The notes beneath the pieces are model-generated. The model searched no databases. It was not told the origin of the DNA and saw only the letters and a list, made by a program, of their open reading frames with translations. A stretch of DNA of 64,000 bases, taken from Nitrososphaerales archaeon (GTDB lineage Archaea > Thermoproteota > Nitrososphaeria > Nitrososphaerales > JACAEJ01). How positions within the stretch are numbered: the stretch's first letter is position 1; each line of letters opens with the position of its first letter. Made by a program: the position numbers and the translations under genes. The stretch is taken from assembly GCA_013388925.1 (NCBI GenBank), contig JACAEJ010000036.1:4600-68599 (forward strand). The letters run 5' to 3'. This document shows, in pieces, positions 10,235-19,640 of the stretch.

Positions 10235-10350
10235 GAAGGATTAATCACTCCCACTCTATAAGATGATACTTTGACAAGGATCATATAAAACATGCCCAAT
10301 GTCTTGACTTCAAAGACTTTTCGATGATAAGCGAAGTAGGTAACGAGGAC

Positions 10351-11316
10351 CTAGAAAGCATGACCTTCTTTCAGGCCTAATGCAGTATCAAGGTCGAAAT
10401 TCTTTATCTCGGGATAGTATCCTCCAAAGTATGACTTGACTAAACCCACAAAATACGTCGCTCCCACCAATATATCGACAAAGGGATAGAGTAATGTTCT
10501 AGAACGCCGACTGTTCCTATATCGCCTTAGAGAATGAAGAATTGTATTGAAAAGACCCTTAGCTCCCCCCATGGCCCTCTTCTCAAGGGATAGATGGTAG
10601 GTTCTTAAGAAATTACCCGCACCCATTCCATATAGGTAGACTTGGCGTAGCATCTCAGGGAAAGAGGGGCGAGGTATGTTATGGACGAGTATCTTTGGAT
10701 TAATATTAATCTTGTAACCTTGGTGAAGAACCCTATAGAACAACTCTATTTCATCATAGGGGCATCGCCACCTTATTCGAAAACCTCCCAACTCTTCCAA
10801 CACGTTTCGTCTAAAGGCCATGTTGCACCCGACTGGAACCCGCATCTTGCCGAAAGGATGATCTTGAAAATCCTTATCAGTCAATACGCCCCCTTGGGAG
10901 TACTTGGGGTAGATGGTGAACAATGTATTATCCATATACTCGCCCAAGAATGCTGACCCATCTATGAGGACGGAACCACCGACACAACCTACGGATTTGT
11001 CTTTGTCAAACTCCTTTACGATAAGGTCAATCCAGTCCCTTTCCGCGACACAGTCTCCATCAATAAAGGAGACGATTTCGCCTTGTGCGTTCTTTAGACC
11101 AATGTTTCTTGCTAAGTTCGGACCCACAGGGGGCGAGCGTATGACCTTGACAGAATCATACTCTGAAGCGATTTTGTCGGTGCCATCGGTGCTCGAATCT
11201 ACCACTATTACCTCGTAGTGGGGGTACTTCTGATCGTGCAAGGAAACCAACAAGCTAGAGATCGTTTTCCTACAATCTTTTGTAGGGACGATCACCGAAA
11301 CCATGTTATCTTCCAA
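10351..11316 (-). CDS. Glycosyltransferase family 2
   Basis: VSVIVPTKDCRKTISSLLVSLHDQKYPHYEVIVVDSSTDGT, plus IDGDC as the DxD motif. Confidence 0.75.
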   Translation of the reverse strand: MEDNMVSVIVPTKDCRKTISSLLVSLHDQKYPHYEVIVVDSSTDGTDKIASEYDSVKVIRSPPVGPNLARNIGLKNAQGEIVSFIDGDCVAERDWIDLIVKEFDKDKSVGCVGGSVLIDGSAFLGEYMDNTLFTIYPKYSQGGVLTDKDFQDHPFGKMRVPVGCNMAFRRNVLEELGGFRIRWRCPYDEIELFYRVLHQGYKININPKILVHNIPRPSFPEMLRQVYLYGMGAGNFLRTYHLSLEKRAMGGAKGLFNTILHSLRRYRNSRRSRTLLYPFVDILVGATYFVGLVKSYFGGYYPEIKNFDLDTALGLKEGHAF

Positions 11317-11403
11317 AAATTGTTGACGCCCCCAGCTTTATGATACAAGTATTATTTTAAATTTCTCCCTTGTCTTTTATAAAATTTACTATTCAAGGTT
11401 CTG

Positions 11404-12393
11404 TCAAGTCGTAGGTAATTTTGAAGGAGCCGTCTGCCCCAATACACCCCTTACAGTGAGCCTTACGGCTTCCTCACTGTTGTACCCTGGCCTCCATCCT
11501 CTAGATCTTAGCTTGGCCGTGTCAAGGAGCATACTCTTTACATCACCCTTCCATCCTCTACCCCCATCCAGACCGCCTGTGAAATTGAACTTCACACCCT
11601 TCAGTCCCATCTCGTCACACACGATTTTTGCTATTCTCTTTACCCCTATCTGATCCTCCGAGCCTATGTTGAAGACCTCCACTCTTCCTCCTTTAGCTTC
11701 GTAAGCTTTCAAGATCGCTTCTATGCAATCATCTATGAATACGTAAGACTTGGTCTGACTACCATCCCCAAGGATCTCTAGCTCTCTTGAATCCTTCTTC
11801 AGCTTTGTGACGAAGTCTTTGACTATGCCATGTCTGCTCCTTGGTCCCACTATATTGGCCAGCCTTAGAATTACTGCCTTCATCCCATAGGTGTGGGAAT
11901 AGGCGGTGATGAGGGCCTCACTTGCAAGCTTAGATGCACCGTAAAGCGATATGGGCTCCAGAGGGGTGTAGTCTTCCGGAGTAGGAATCTTCATTGCATC
12001 CCCATAGACTGTTGAGGTGGATGAGAAGACCATCGTGTGGGCTCTGCTCCTCCTCATCTCCTCTAGTAGAACGTAAGTTGCGAAGACGTTCTCTTTAAAG
12101 CAAGTTCTAGGATTGTTCAACTCCAATCGTACCTCCGGGTTTGCTGAGAAGTGAAAGACCACATCTACATCCGTCAAAGTCTTTTTCACGTCGGCTTTTT
12201 TAGTGCAGTCTCCTACAACCAACTTTACAGACTTCTTACCATTTAACGAAACAAGGTTGTCTCTTGACCCTGAGCTAATGTTGTCCAGGATATTCAAGTT
12301 CCAGCCTAGATTCACCAAAGCTTCTGATAGACTGGACCCGATGAAGCCCGCCCCACCAGTAATTAGAGCTTTCAATAAGTCACTCTCGCTCAT
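11404..12393 (-). CDS. NAD-dependent nucleotide-sugar epimerase/dehydratase (extended SDR)
   Basis: ITGGAGFIGSSL is a Rossmann motif and YGASKLASE is the catalytic YxxxK. Confidence 0.8.
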   Translation of the reverse strand: MSESDLLKALITGGAGFIGSSLSEALVNLGWNLNILDNISSGSRDNLVSLNGKKSVKLVVGDCTKKADVKKTLTDVDVVFHFSANPEVRLELNNPRTCFKENVFATYVLLEEMRRSRAHTMVFSSTSTVYGDAMKIPTPEDYTPLEPISLYGASKLASEALITAYSHTYGMKAVILRLANIVGPRSRHGIVKDFVTKLKKDSRELEILGDGSQTKSYVFIDDCIEAILKAYEAKGGRVEVFNIGSEDQIGVKRIAKIVCDEMGLKGVKFNFTGGLDGGRGWKGDVKSMLLDTAKLRSRGWRPGYNSEEAVRLTVRGVLGQTAPSKLPTT

Positions 12394-12727
12394 TTTCTAA
12401 AGATGCAACCAGCCTTAACATAATTTCTTTTTCCGAACTTTTTCTATAATAATATACGAAACTATAATATGCGGAACTTCTATTAATCAGATAGCCTTGT
12501 CCCTTAAGTGAATAGACTTCCATACCAAAACACAGGAACTTCGAGGTATAAAAATGAACTCTGACCGAATATTGGCTTAAATAGGGCTTTGCCACTGTCT
12601 GCAAGTCTGGGAAGATGGTACACACCTTTGGGAAGAGTTGCGACTCATTCTTGAAAGTGGAGGGATAGCAGTTCTGAGGCAATCTCTAGACTTGTTCAGA
12701 ACACTCCGTACTGGAAGACTTACTTCG

Positions 12728-13516
12728 ATGCACTACTTGTTGCTAAGGAAACTCAATCCAATGGAAACTATAATTCCTGGAAATAAAGAAAAAGGTGTTG
12801 TCTTATCTTTTGATGTGGAGTCTTGGTCAAATTTATGTGGTGGAAAATACGACTTATCTGCAAACCCAGAAGATGAATATGGGCACTTCCTTCCTCGACT
12901 TTTAGATGTACTTGACAGTTATAATGTTAAAGCACAATTCTTTATATGCGGAAAAGTCGTGGAGTTATACCCGTTTCTCTTCCGTTCTTTGGTTCAAAAG
13001 GGACATGGATTGGGAGGCCATGGTTACGAACATGAGGTGATGCCAAATCTTCGAATTAGCGAACAAATGACTGTTGTCAATAGAGTTAAAAAAACCATGA
13101 AGCAAGTCCTTGGTATAAGTCCTATTTCTTGGCGTTGTCCTGGTTTGGCTGCAAATCTTGGGACATACGTAGCTCTAAGAAATCATGGTTTCAGAATTTC
13201 AAGTAACGCAATAAGGATCGATAAACCTTTTAGTGTGAAGGGAATTGCTGATATACCGTTAGCGGAAAAAATGGATGGAGACTTCCTCGGCTTTTATTTA
13301 CCTATCACTTCTTCCGGTATTCAAATTTGGGCTGATTACATGAAAAAAGAATTCGATAGAATCAGCAAAGGCATCTTAGTGCTTGGCATGCACACATGGG
13401 TGCAAAGAAAATATGACCCAAGGCTTGAAGCAATAAGAAGCTTCCTTACTTATGTGGAACCTTTTATGGGAGAAGTGTGGATGGGTAGGTTGGACGATCT
13501 TCAATGGAAAGTATGA
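12728..13516 (+). CDS. Polysaccharide deacetylase-like protein
   Basis: VVLSFDVESW and GHGYEH motifs are NodB/deacetylase-like. The listed ORF begins at 12638, but internal ATGs at 12728 or 12761 are more plausible given the divergent promoter region. Confidence 0.5.
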   Translation: MHYLLLRKLNPMETIIPGNKEKGVVLSFDVESWSNLCGGKYDLSANPEDEYGHFLPRLLDVLDSYNVKAQFFICGKVVELYPFLFRSLVQKGHGLGGHGYEHEVMPNLRISEQMTVVNRVKKTMKQVLGISPISWRCPGLAANLGTYVALRNHGFRISSNAIRIDKPFSVKGIADIPLAEKMDGDFLGFYLPITSSGIQIWADYMKKEFDRISKGILVLGMHTWVQRKYDPRLEAIRSFLTYVEPFMGEVWMGRLDDLQWKV

Positions 13517-14130
13517 AGTGTTGGTCGCAACAAGTTGAGCGTTACTGGGTTGAACGGAAGACAGCTCAAGATACGCAAGTCCTTAACTTCTTACTGGAAA
13601 AGAGTCTCAAATCTTATCACCCTTCTAAGATTTTGGAGGTAGGGTGTGGGCCTGGGATATTCACCCCGAAGTTAAGTGAAAGAGCATGGGTTGTAGCTTT
13701 GGATATCTCAGTCAAGATGCTCAAGTTCGTCAAGGCAAGGAATGTTTGTGTGGAACTAGTTCAAGCAGACATAGAAAGTCTGCCTTTCAGAGACAAGAGC
13801 TTCGACATGATAGTTGCATATAGGGTCGTGGAATATTCTGGAGATGACAAAGAGACTCTAAGGAAATTTTCGCGCATAGCCCAGATCGTCCTTCTACAGC
13901 TTCCACGCTTAGACTCTATTCGCGGGCTACTTCTCTCCTTTCTTCGAATGATAGGAGTCCTTCTTAAGAGAACTGTAAGGTTCAGATCCTACTCTGTAAA
14001 GGCAGCCATGAAGATGGTAGATTCAGTAGGCCTTTCTCTCGTAGAGGCCGTCCTTTATAATCATGGACTTGACATTCACATGGCTCTAGTTAAGAATCTG
14101 ATGGATATTGAGGCACCCCAAAGATCGTAG
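13504..14130 (+). CDS. Class I SAM-dependent methyltransferase
   Basis: ILEVGCGPGIF is motif I; VALDIS and DIESLPFRDKSFDMIVAYRV are also present. It overlaps the upstream gene by 13 nt. Confidence 0.65.
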   Translation: MESMKCWSQQVERYWVERKTAQDTQVLNFLLEKSLKSYHPSKILEVGCGPGIFTPKLSERAWVVALDISVKMLKFVKARNVCVELVQADIESLPFRDKSFDMIVAYRVVEYSGDDKETLRKFSRIAQIVLLQLPRLDSIRGLLLSFLRMIGVLLKRTVRFRSYSVKAAMKMVDSVGLSLVEAVLYNHGLDIHMALVKNLMDIEAPQRS

Positions 14131-14200
14131 GGGAATTTAATACCCTGATTCTATCTAGATAACTAACTCGCCTAGGAAAGAATTGGAACCACTATCATGA

Positions 14201-14368
14201 TCATACGTTAAGCCAGTTCTGTCCAGCCCTTCTCTTCAGTGAAAATCTCTTTATGAACTTCTTCCTGTTGTTCATTTTAGGTATAGGAGCAGTCCTTGGT
14301 CTGGCAACCAGCTTCGGGGTCGCACTTCTAACCTTTCCTGCTTTGGTCAGCGAACCGTGTGTTGGCAT
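14201..14368 (-). CDS. rps30e: 30S ribosomal protein eS30 (S30e); 55 aa, below the ORF-track cutoff
   Basis: Hand translation of the minus strand gives MPTHGSLTKAGKVRSATPKLVARPRTAPIPKMNNRKKFIKRFSLKRRAGQNWLNV. GSLTKAGKVRSxTPK is the hallmark eS30 motif. Confidence 0.8.
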   Translation of the reverse strand: MPTHGSLTKAGKVRSATPKLVARPRTAPIPKMNNRKKFIKRFSLKRRAGQNWLNV

Positions 14369-14509
14369 TCTCTTCTCTTCACTCCATAGTTATGTTGGTA
14401 AATAATATATTCTGGTATATTTCGTTTTCTTTTCCTATGGCGATCAACTTGTTATATATATCCACTTTTATCCCTTAACGCTCGCAAAGAGACTTGATTT
14501 GTCTTAAAC

Positions 14510-15334
14510 TTAATTGGTTGATAACTTAATAATCCTCCCTGAGTGGTCTCTCCTAAAGGCGCCGAATTCGTCCTTGACTTCTTCAAGCTTCGGGGAATCG
14601 AACACGGGGCCGTCCTTGCATGCACGATACTTGCCTATGCAGCAACTCCCACATATGCCTATTCCACACTTCATTACTCTCTCCAAGCTTGCTTGAACAG
14701 GCACACCGGACTCTTGGGCAATACTAAAGACCTTCCTCATCATGAGCTCTGGGCCACATGTATAGATGATATCTGTACTCTTCTCTCTCAATATCGGCAG
14801 TATGGCATCTGTGGCCAGTCCTCTGATGCCATGGCTACCATCCTCCGTAGTTGTTACCAGCCTACTCTTGGTCTTGAATAGAGCTCTTTTTGCCCTATCT
14901 ACAAACACAAACTCGTCTATGGTCTTCCCCCCTATGATCATGTCTATCGATGCCGATCGCTCTGCCAAGATTTCTGTGAGGGGCATAAGAGGTGCTAACC
15001 CAGTCCCAGCCCCTATTATCATGACTTTGCCAATAATTGGAGTAAAGCCGTTACCATAGGGGCCCCTTATGCCGATTGTACCTCCAGCCTTGATATCGAA
15101 CAATGTCTTGGATGCCTCTCCAACCTCTCTTACAGTCAGCCCCGCAAGATCTTCTTTTATCACAGAAATGCTCATAGGAATTTCATCAACGCCAGGTATC
15201 CAAACCATAATGAACTGACCTGGCTTCGCTTTTGAGCACAAATCATCTCTGAAGGTCATGGTACGGACCGTTGAAGACTCATCTTTTACATCTACCAGTC
15301 TTACAATTCTTGGCCTGTTAGAAGTCATGGGCAA
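14510..15334 (-). CDS. pyrK: Dihydroorotate dehydrogenase B electron-transfer subunit
   Basis: It has an FAD/NAD-binding ferredoxin-reductase fold and a C-terminal 2Fe-2S motif (CGIGICGSCC). It lies directly downstream of pyrD with a 17-nt overlap. Confidence 0.85.
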   Translation of the reverse strand: MPMTSNRPRIVRLVDVKDESSTVRTMTFRDDLCSKAKPGQFIMVWIPGVDEIPMSISVIKEDLAGLTVREVGEASKTLFDIKAGGTIGIRGPYGNGFTPIIGKVMIIGAGTGLAPLMPLTEILAERSASIDMIIGGKTIDEFVFVDRAKRALFKTKSRLVTTTEDGSHGIRGLATDAILPILREKSTDIIYTCGPELMMRKVFSIAQESGVPVQASLERVMKCGIGICGSCCIGKYRACKDGPVFDSPKLEEVKDEFGAFRRDHSGRIIKLSTN

Positions 15335-16235
15335 GGCCTACTATCTCCCTTACGCTCTTCCTGCCTTTTGTAATAAGATAATTCCTTATCCCTCTTTTTA
15401 TCTCCTCGAATATGTCTGGACCTCTATAGGCTATCACTGTGCCCAATTGTACAGCCTGAGCTCCTGCCAAGAAGAACTCTATGGCATCCTGCCAATCCAC
15501 TACCCCTCCACACCCTATGATGGGGATCTTTACAGCCTTCGAAACCTCATATACACATCTGATGGCTATCGGTTTTATGGCAGGCCCTGACAACCCTCCT
15601 ACCTTATTCGCCAAAATAGGCCTGAAAGTCTCTGTGTCTATACTCATGGCCCTGATGGTGTTTATGAGCGTTAGAGCATCTGCACCAGCATCTTCAGCAA
15701 CCTTTGCTATCTTGACCATATCTGTAACGTTGGGGGATAGCTTAACAAACAATGTCTTCCCACTCTCCTCCTTCACAGCCTCTACTATCTCCCTTATTGC
15801 TCTTGAATCCTGTCCTACTTCAACTCCAAAGCCCTTTACGTGAGGACAGGAAAGATTCAGTTCGTAGGCCTTTATCTTCAACCCATCAAGCATAGATACC
15901 ATATCCTTGAATTCTGATGGCTCTGCTCCGAATAAGCTCACCACCAATGGTAGATCATCTATCTTTGACCTTGAAAGTTCCTTGCAGAACTCCTTTACTC
16001 CAGGGTTTGATAGGCCTATGGCATTCAAGTACCCTCCATGAACTTCAACTAGGGTTGGGTTATCATACCCTACTCTTGGCTCATAGCCTATGGATTTCGT
16101 CACAACTGCTCCCGCACCAGCTTCGTGTACTCGTCTCAGTGATCCAATAGATATGCCAAGCACTCCAGATGCCAGCATCAACGGATTTTTCATCCTAAAT
16201 CCCGATATCTCCACAGATAGGTTCGGCTCTTCCAT
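15318..16235 (-). CDS. pyrD: Dihydroorotate dehydrogenase (class 1B) catalytic subunit
   Basis: Motifs NPLMLASGV, LSCPH, GLSGPAIKPIA and IIGCGGV are typical of PyrD. Confidence 0.9.
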   Translation of the reverse strand: MEEPNLSVEISGFRMKNPLMLASGVLGISIGSLRRVHEAGAGAVVTKSIGYEPRVGYDNPTLVEVHGGYLNAIGLSNPGVKEFCKELSRSKIDDLPLVVSLFGAEPSEFKDMVSMLDGLKIKAYELNLSCPHVKGFGVEVGQDSRAIREIVEAVKEESGKTLFVKLSPNVTDMVKIAKVAEDAGADALTLINTIRAMSIDTETFRPILANKVGGLSGPAIKPIAIRCVYEVSKAVKIPIIGCGGVVDWQDAIEFFLAGAQAVQLGTVIAYRGPDIFEEIKRGIRNYLITKGRKSVREIVGLAHDF

Positions 16236-16324
16236 TCGACTTCCCTCGTTAGAATCTATTAGGGCTCTTAATAGGTTTGCTCAGTATTGTAAAGATTTTA
16301 AGGTCGGTCATAGCATACGAAGTT

Positions 16325-16425
16325 GCCGGGATGGCAGAGTGGACCACAGAAGTACACAATAATGCGCGGGCCTTGAGAGCCCGTGACCCTTTCGGGTCTC
16401 GTGGGTTCGAATCCCACTCCCGGCG
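16325..16425 (+). tRNA. tRNA-Ser(UGA) with an extra segment of about 13-15 nt in the D-loop (candidate non-canonical intron)
   Basis: Acceptor GCCGGGA/UCCCGGC with discriminator G. Anticodon stem CGGGC/GCCCG with loop CUUGAGA (anticodon at 16374-16376). Long variable arm GACCC-UUUC-GGGUC. T arm GUGGG-UUCGAAU-CCCAC. Between D-stem GCA and UGC there are 26 nt instead of about 11-13. Confidence 0.8.
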
Positions 16426-16562
16426 CTTTAATTGCTTAAATAACTCTAAACTACTACATAAAACCCTCGTAGACCAAGAACATTATTCCTAAACTTTGTA
16501 GTTTAACATGGATTCGCAAGTGAAATAATCTGATCAAGAGAGTCTATTTTGGAGGTGAATTT

Positions 16563-17078
16563 ATGGACAAGAAGCAAAAGAATGCTCTGCTCAGATTGAC
16601 TGCATTGTTGATGCTTGTGCCATCTATGATTATCGTCCCAGCAATGGCAACCTCTCCCAGTGATACAAGCGTTGGTGATAGGTATGCAGTTATAACCATC
16701 AAGGGCGAGGCAAAGACAAAGATTCAGGGGCAATTGATAACTGCTCCACCTTCCGTCGAGCTCCTAGTCGAAGTTAGAGAAACCTATCAGGAATGGGTAC
16801 TGTTCAAGGTGAATTGTGGGGAGATAGAGGTCGATGGAGTAACATACCAAGTGGTAAGCGGGTGGTGGAGAGGGTCATACAATAGAGCAACCCATGTAGG
16901 GATCTACGAAGGATGGGCTCGGGATGGCAATGGTAACAACGTCTACTTTATCCTTCGAACCCTTGATCTGAGGCAGACTCAAGAGGGATGCTTCATGGGT
17001 ATAGGAGGCACCTTCCGAGATCCAAATGGGAACTACTGGTCTCTAAATCTATTGACCTACAGGTTCGAGGTAGACTGA
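16563..17078 (+). CDS. Secreted hypothetical protein (N-terminal signal/TM segment)
   Basis: The N-terminus MDKKQKNALLRLTALLMLVPSMIIVPAMA is signal-like. I recognised no other motif. Confidence 0.45.
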   Translation: MDKKQKNALLRLTALLMLVPSMIIVPAMATSPSDTSVGDRYAVITIKGEAKTKIQGQLITAPPSVELLVEVRETYQEWVLFKVNCGEIEVDGVTYQVVSGWWRGSYNRATHVGIYEGWARDGNGNNVYFILRTLDLRQTQEGCFMGIGGTFRDPNGNYWSLNLLTYRFEVD

Positions 17079-17167
17079 GTAGCCTGAACTAATAGCCCAT
17101 CCATCTCGTATTTTTATCTTCAAATTAAAATACAACATCATAAAATCCTCTTACTCAGTGAGATAAA

Positions 17168-18085
17168 GTGAAGGTGCTGATAACAGGTGCGCGCGGGTTT
17201 GTTGGACGGCACGTATCGAATTATCTCAAGGGAAGGGGTTTTGGCGTTGTTAGGACCGATGCAAGATCTGCTGATATCACGGGGGATTTGTTGGACAACG
17301 ACTTCGTGTTTTCTAAGCTGAAAAGCATCGATTTTGATGCCGTTGTTCACCTTGCGGCTATTACGGACATGAAAAAGACCATCGAAGATCCTTATACATG
17401 CTACAGAGTCAACGACTTCTCTACCCTAAACATGCTGGAGCTGGCGAGCAGAAAGAACTGTGATAGGTTTGTTTATGCCAGCAGCGCTAATGTATATGGT
17501 CTGCCCTTGGAGTTGCCAGTGAAGGAGACCACACCCTTCAACCCAAGACTGCCTTACGATTACTCAAAGGTTATAGGTGAGCATCTCATCAACAGTTACA
17601 GCAAGCATAAAGGGTTGCCATCAACTATTCTCAGGAGTTGGAAGCTGTTCGGCGAGCTCGATCTGCCAACGACGGCAATACCTCGCTTCATAAAGGCCTG
17701 TCTTAACGACGAGCCAATCCCGCTTTATAACGGTGGGAGGGATACCACTGATCCATATTATGTAGGGAACTATTGCCGCGCTGTAGAACTCTGTCTAACA
17801 AAAAAGGAAGCCAAAAACGAAGCTTTCAACATTGGGACAGGAAGTGAATTATCGATAAGGGAGCTTGCAGAGAGGATAAAGAGTTTTACAGGGTCAAGAT
17901 CGGAGATTCAACTATTGCCCCCCCGGTCTCCCTTGGAAGCAGAGCCTATGAGGAGCTACCCGTCCATTGATAAGATCAGAAAGAAGTTGGGTTATGAACC
18001 CTTGATTGGCTTTGAAGAGGGGTTAAAGAGAACCGTAGACTGGATATCTGAGCAAATGAAGTCAGATTCTATGCCCCATACCTGA
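17168..18085 (+). CDS. NAD-dependent epimerase/dehydratase family protein
   Basis: VLITGARGFVGRH is the Rossmann motif and YDYSKVIGE is YxxxK. The start is GTG. Confidence 0.75.
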   Translation: MKVLITGARGFVGRHVSNYLKGRGFGVVRTDARSADITGDLLDNDFVFSKLKSIDFDAVVHLAAITDMKKTIEDPYTCYRVNDFSTLNMLELASRKNCDRFVYASSANVYGLPLELPVKETTPFNPRLPYDYSKVIGEHLINSYSKHKGLPSTILRSWKLFGELDLPTTAIPRFIKACLNDEPIPLYNGGRDTTDPYYVGNYCRAVELCLTKKEAKNEAFNIGTGSELSIRELAERIKSFTGSRSEIQLLPPRSPLEAEPMRSYPSIDKIRKKLGYEPLIGFEEGLKRTVDWISEQMKSDSMPHT

Positions 18086-19154
18086 GCCTTAGTTCGCCTA
18101 TAGCCTTGAGGTATATGTTATCAAGAACTGTGCCCCCCGCTTCTTTGATATTCATAGCATCGATAAGTTCTTTGTATCGGCCTCCTGCCAATCCATCTGC
18201 CAATAGGGCTGCTCCTTGGGCAGCCTCCTTTGCCACCTTGGCAAAGCCCTCGACCTTTCTGACCTCTCCCAGATCTGACAACCTATTTGAAAGTTCGTCA
18301 TAGATCCTTTTGACTCTGCAGAGCCTTCCAGAGAGCAGTATCTCCTTTGGCTCTCTTACAGACACGTGCATCTGAGCAACCCCTTTCTCTACTCCTTCCA
18401 TAAAGGCCTTCCAAGCCAAATTGTATCTTCCATCGTGAGCCCTTTCAGCAAATTCTTCTGGAGTGATTCTCTCATCTCCAGCTATGTAAGCTGCACCGCC
18501 TTGACGAAGGGTGCTTTTGTCAAACTTGTTCAACAGGTATGCCAGTTCACCATCCATGCCCCCGAGAGATAGGAATCCGATGCCACCTGTAGTCCCGCCT
18601 ATCCCATCGACTATTCTTCCTCCATCGATGCCTAGCACAGCATTGTAGCCATAGCCCATCTCTACGAGGATGAAAGAAGTTTCTTTATACCCTATTTTGT
18701 AATGCCTTGCCTGATCGAAAATACCTAAGATGGCACAGCAGAGCTTGTCCGCAGTTCCCATATCGATCCTATTGGCCTTTCTATGAGTTGGCACCGTTGG
18801 CATGTGTACGACCCCTGGTGTAAAGAAGACATTGAAATTCTCCTCCTTCAGCGCTTTTACAACCCTCCTTAATCCTATTATCCCTTCTCTAGCTTTATCG
18901 TCCGGTTTAGTCAGGACCATAAGAAAGAGCTTTTTATCGTCTATCTTGCTGATGTGCGTTATGGGCAATCCATAGCCTGAAGGCCCTGCTATTAGGTCCA
19001 ATGGCATCGCTGATCTAAGAAGCTCCAAGACCAATCTGGGCTCTGTCATAACTTCTTCAGATGGGATGGTGCTATCCACAAAGAGTTCTCCATCGTCCAG
19101 GCCACAGAAGTCAAAGCTCTTCGTGCCAGGGTCTACCCCCATCACTCTCACCAA
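18069..19154 (-). CDS. Actin/Hsp70/sugar-kinase (ASKHA) fold protein, DUF1464-like
   Basis: MGVDPGTKSFDF is a phosphate-1-like motif and glycine-rich GGTTGGIGFLSLGGMDGE is a phosphate-2/adenosine-like segment. The family assignment is from memory. Confidence 0.45.
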   Translation of the reverse strand: MVRVMGVDPGTKSFDFCGLDDGELFVDSTIPSEEVMTEPRLVLELLRSAMPLDLIAGPSGYGLPITHISKIDDKKLFLMVLTKPDDKAREGIIGLRRVVKALKEENFNVFFTPGVVHMPTVPTHRKANRIDMGTADKLCCAILGIFDQARHYKIGYKETSFILVEMGYGYNAVLGIDGGRIVDGIGGTTGGIGFLSLGGMDGELAYLLNKFDKSTLRQGGAAYIAGDERITPEEFAERAHDGRYNLAWKAFMEGVEKGVAQMHVSVREPKEILLSGRLCRVKRIYDELSNRLSDLGEVRKVEGFAKVAKEAAQGAALLADGLAGGRYKELIDAMNIKEAGGTVLDNIYLKAIGELRLRYGA

Positions 19155-19316
19155 GAGACCTTTGCCCCCTTTGACTCTATCCCATGATGTCGTTGGTCTT
19201 ATCCATTTCCTTTTTTAACGCTAGATGTTGCACAAACTTAAGAAGCTTCTTTGCTTGACTTGATCATGTAAAAAAGATTAAGTCATGGTGGAATCAAATA
19301 TGGGCGAGGTGATATT

Positions 19317-19634
19317 TTGGCAATATGTAAAAAGTGTGGAGCCGAGCTTCCCGAAGGAGCGAAATTCTGTCCTAACTGTGGGATTCGTTTGGGTAAGATG
19401 ATGGAGGAGGAGTTCAAGGTCTCGTCCGAGGATCTGGTAAAGAAGGTCAAAGACCTGATCAGAGAAGGAAACGTTACAAAGATCATAGTGAAGAACGAAG
19501 AAGGCAGGATTCTGCTCGAAATGCCTGTCACAGCAGGAGTGGTTGGAACTATCTTGGCACCCTGGTTGGCAGCACTAGGGGTCATAGCAGCGCTGGCTAC
19601 AAAGTGCACCATATATGTAGAGAGAAGAGAGTAA
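19317..19634 (+). CDS. Zinc-ribbon protein with a DUF4342-like C-terminal domain
   Basis: CKKCGAELPEGAKFCPNCG is a zinc ribbon. The C-terminal part ends in a hydrophobic segment. The start is TTG. Confidence 0.45.
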   Translation: MAICKKCGAELPEGAKFCPNCGIRLGKMMEEEFKVSSEDLVKKVKDLIREGNVTKIIVKNEEGRILLEMPVTAGVVGTILAPWLAALGVIAALATKCTIYVERRE

Positions 19635-19640
19635 GTAAGA

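Noticed and set aside
12380-12682. The 100-aa minus-strand ORF upstream of the epimerase gene.
   Set aside because: It overlaps the epimerase start and an AT-rich divergent promoter region. It is rich in Tyr, Phe and Ser from AT-rich sequence and has no motif or plausible RBS context.
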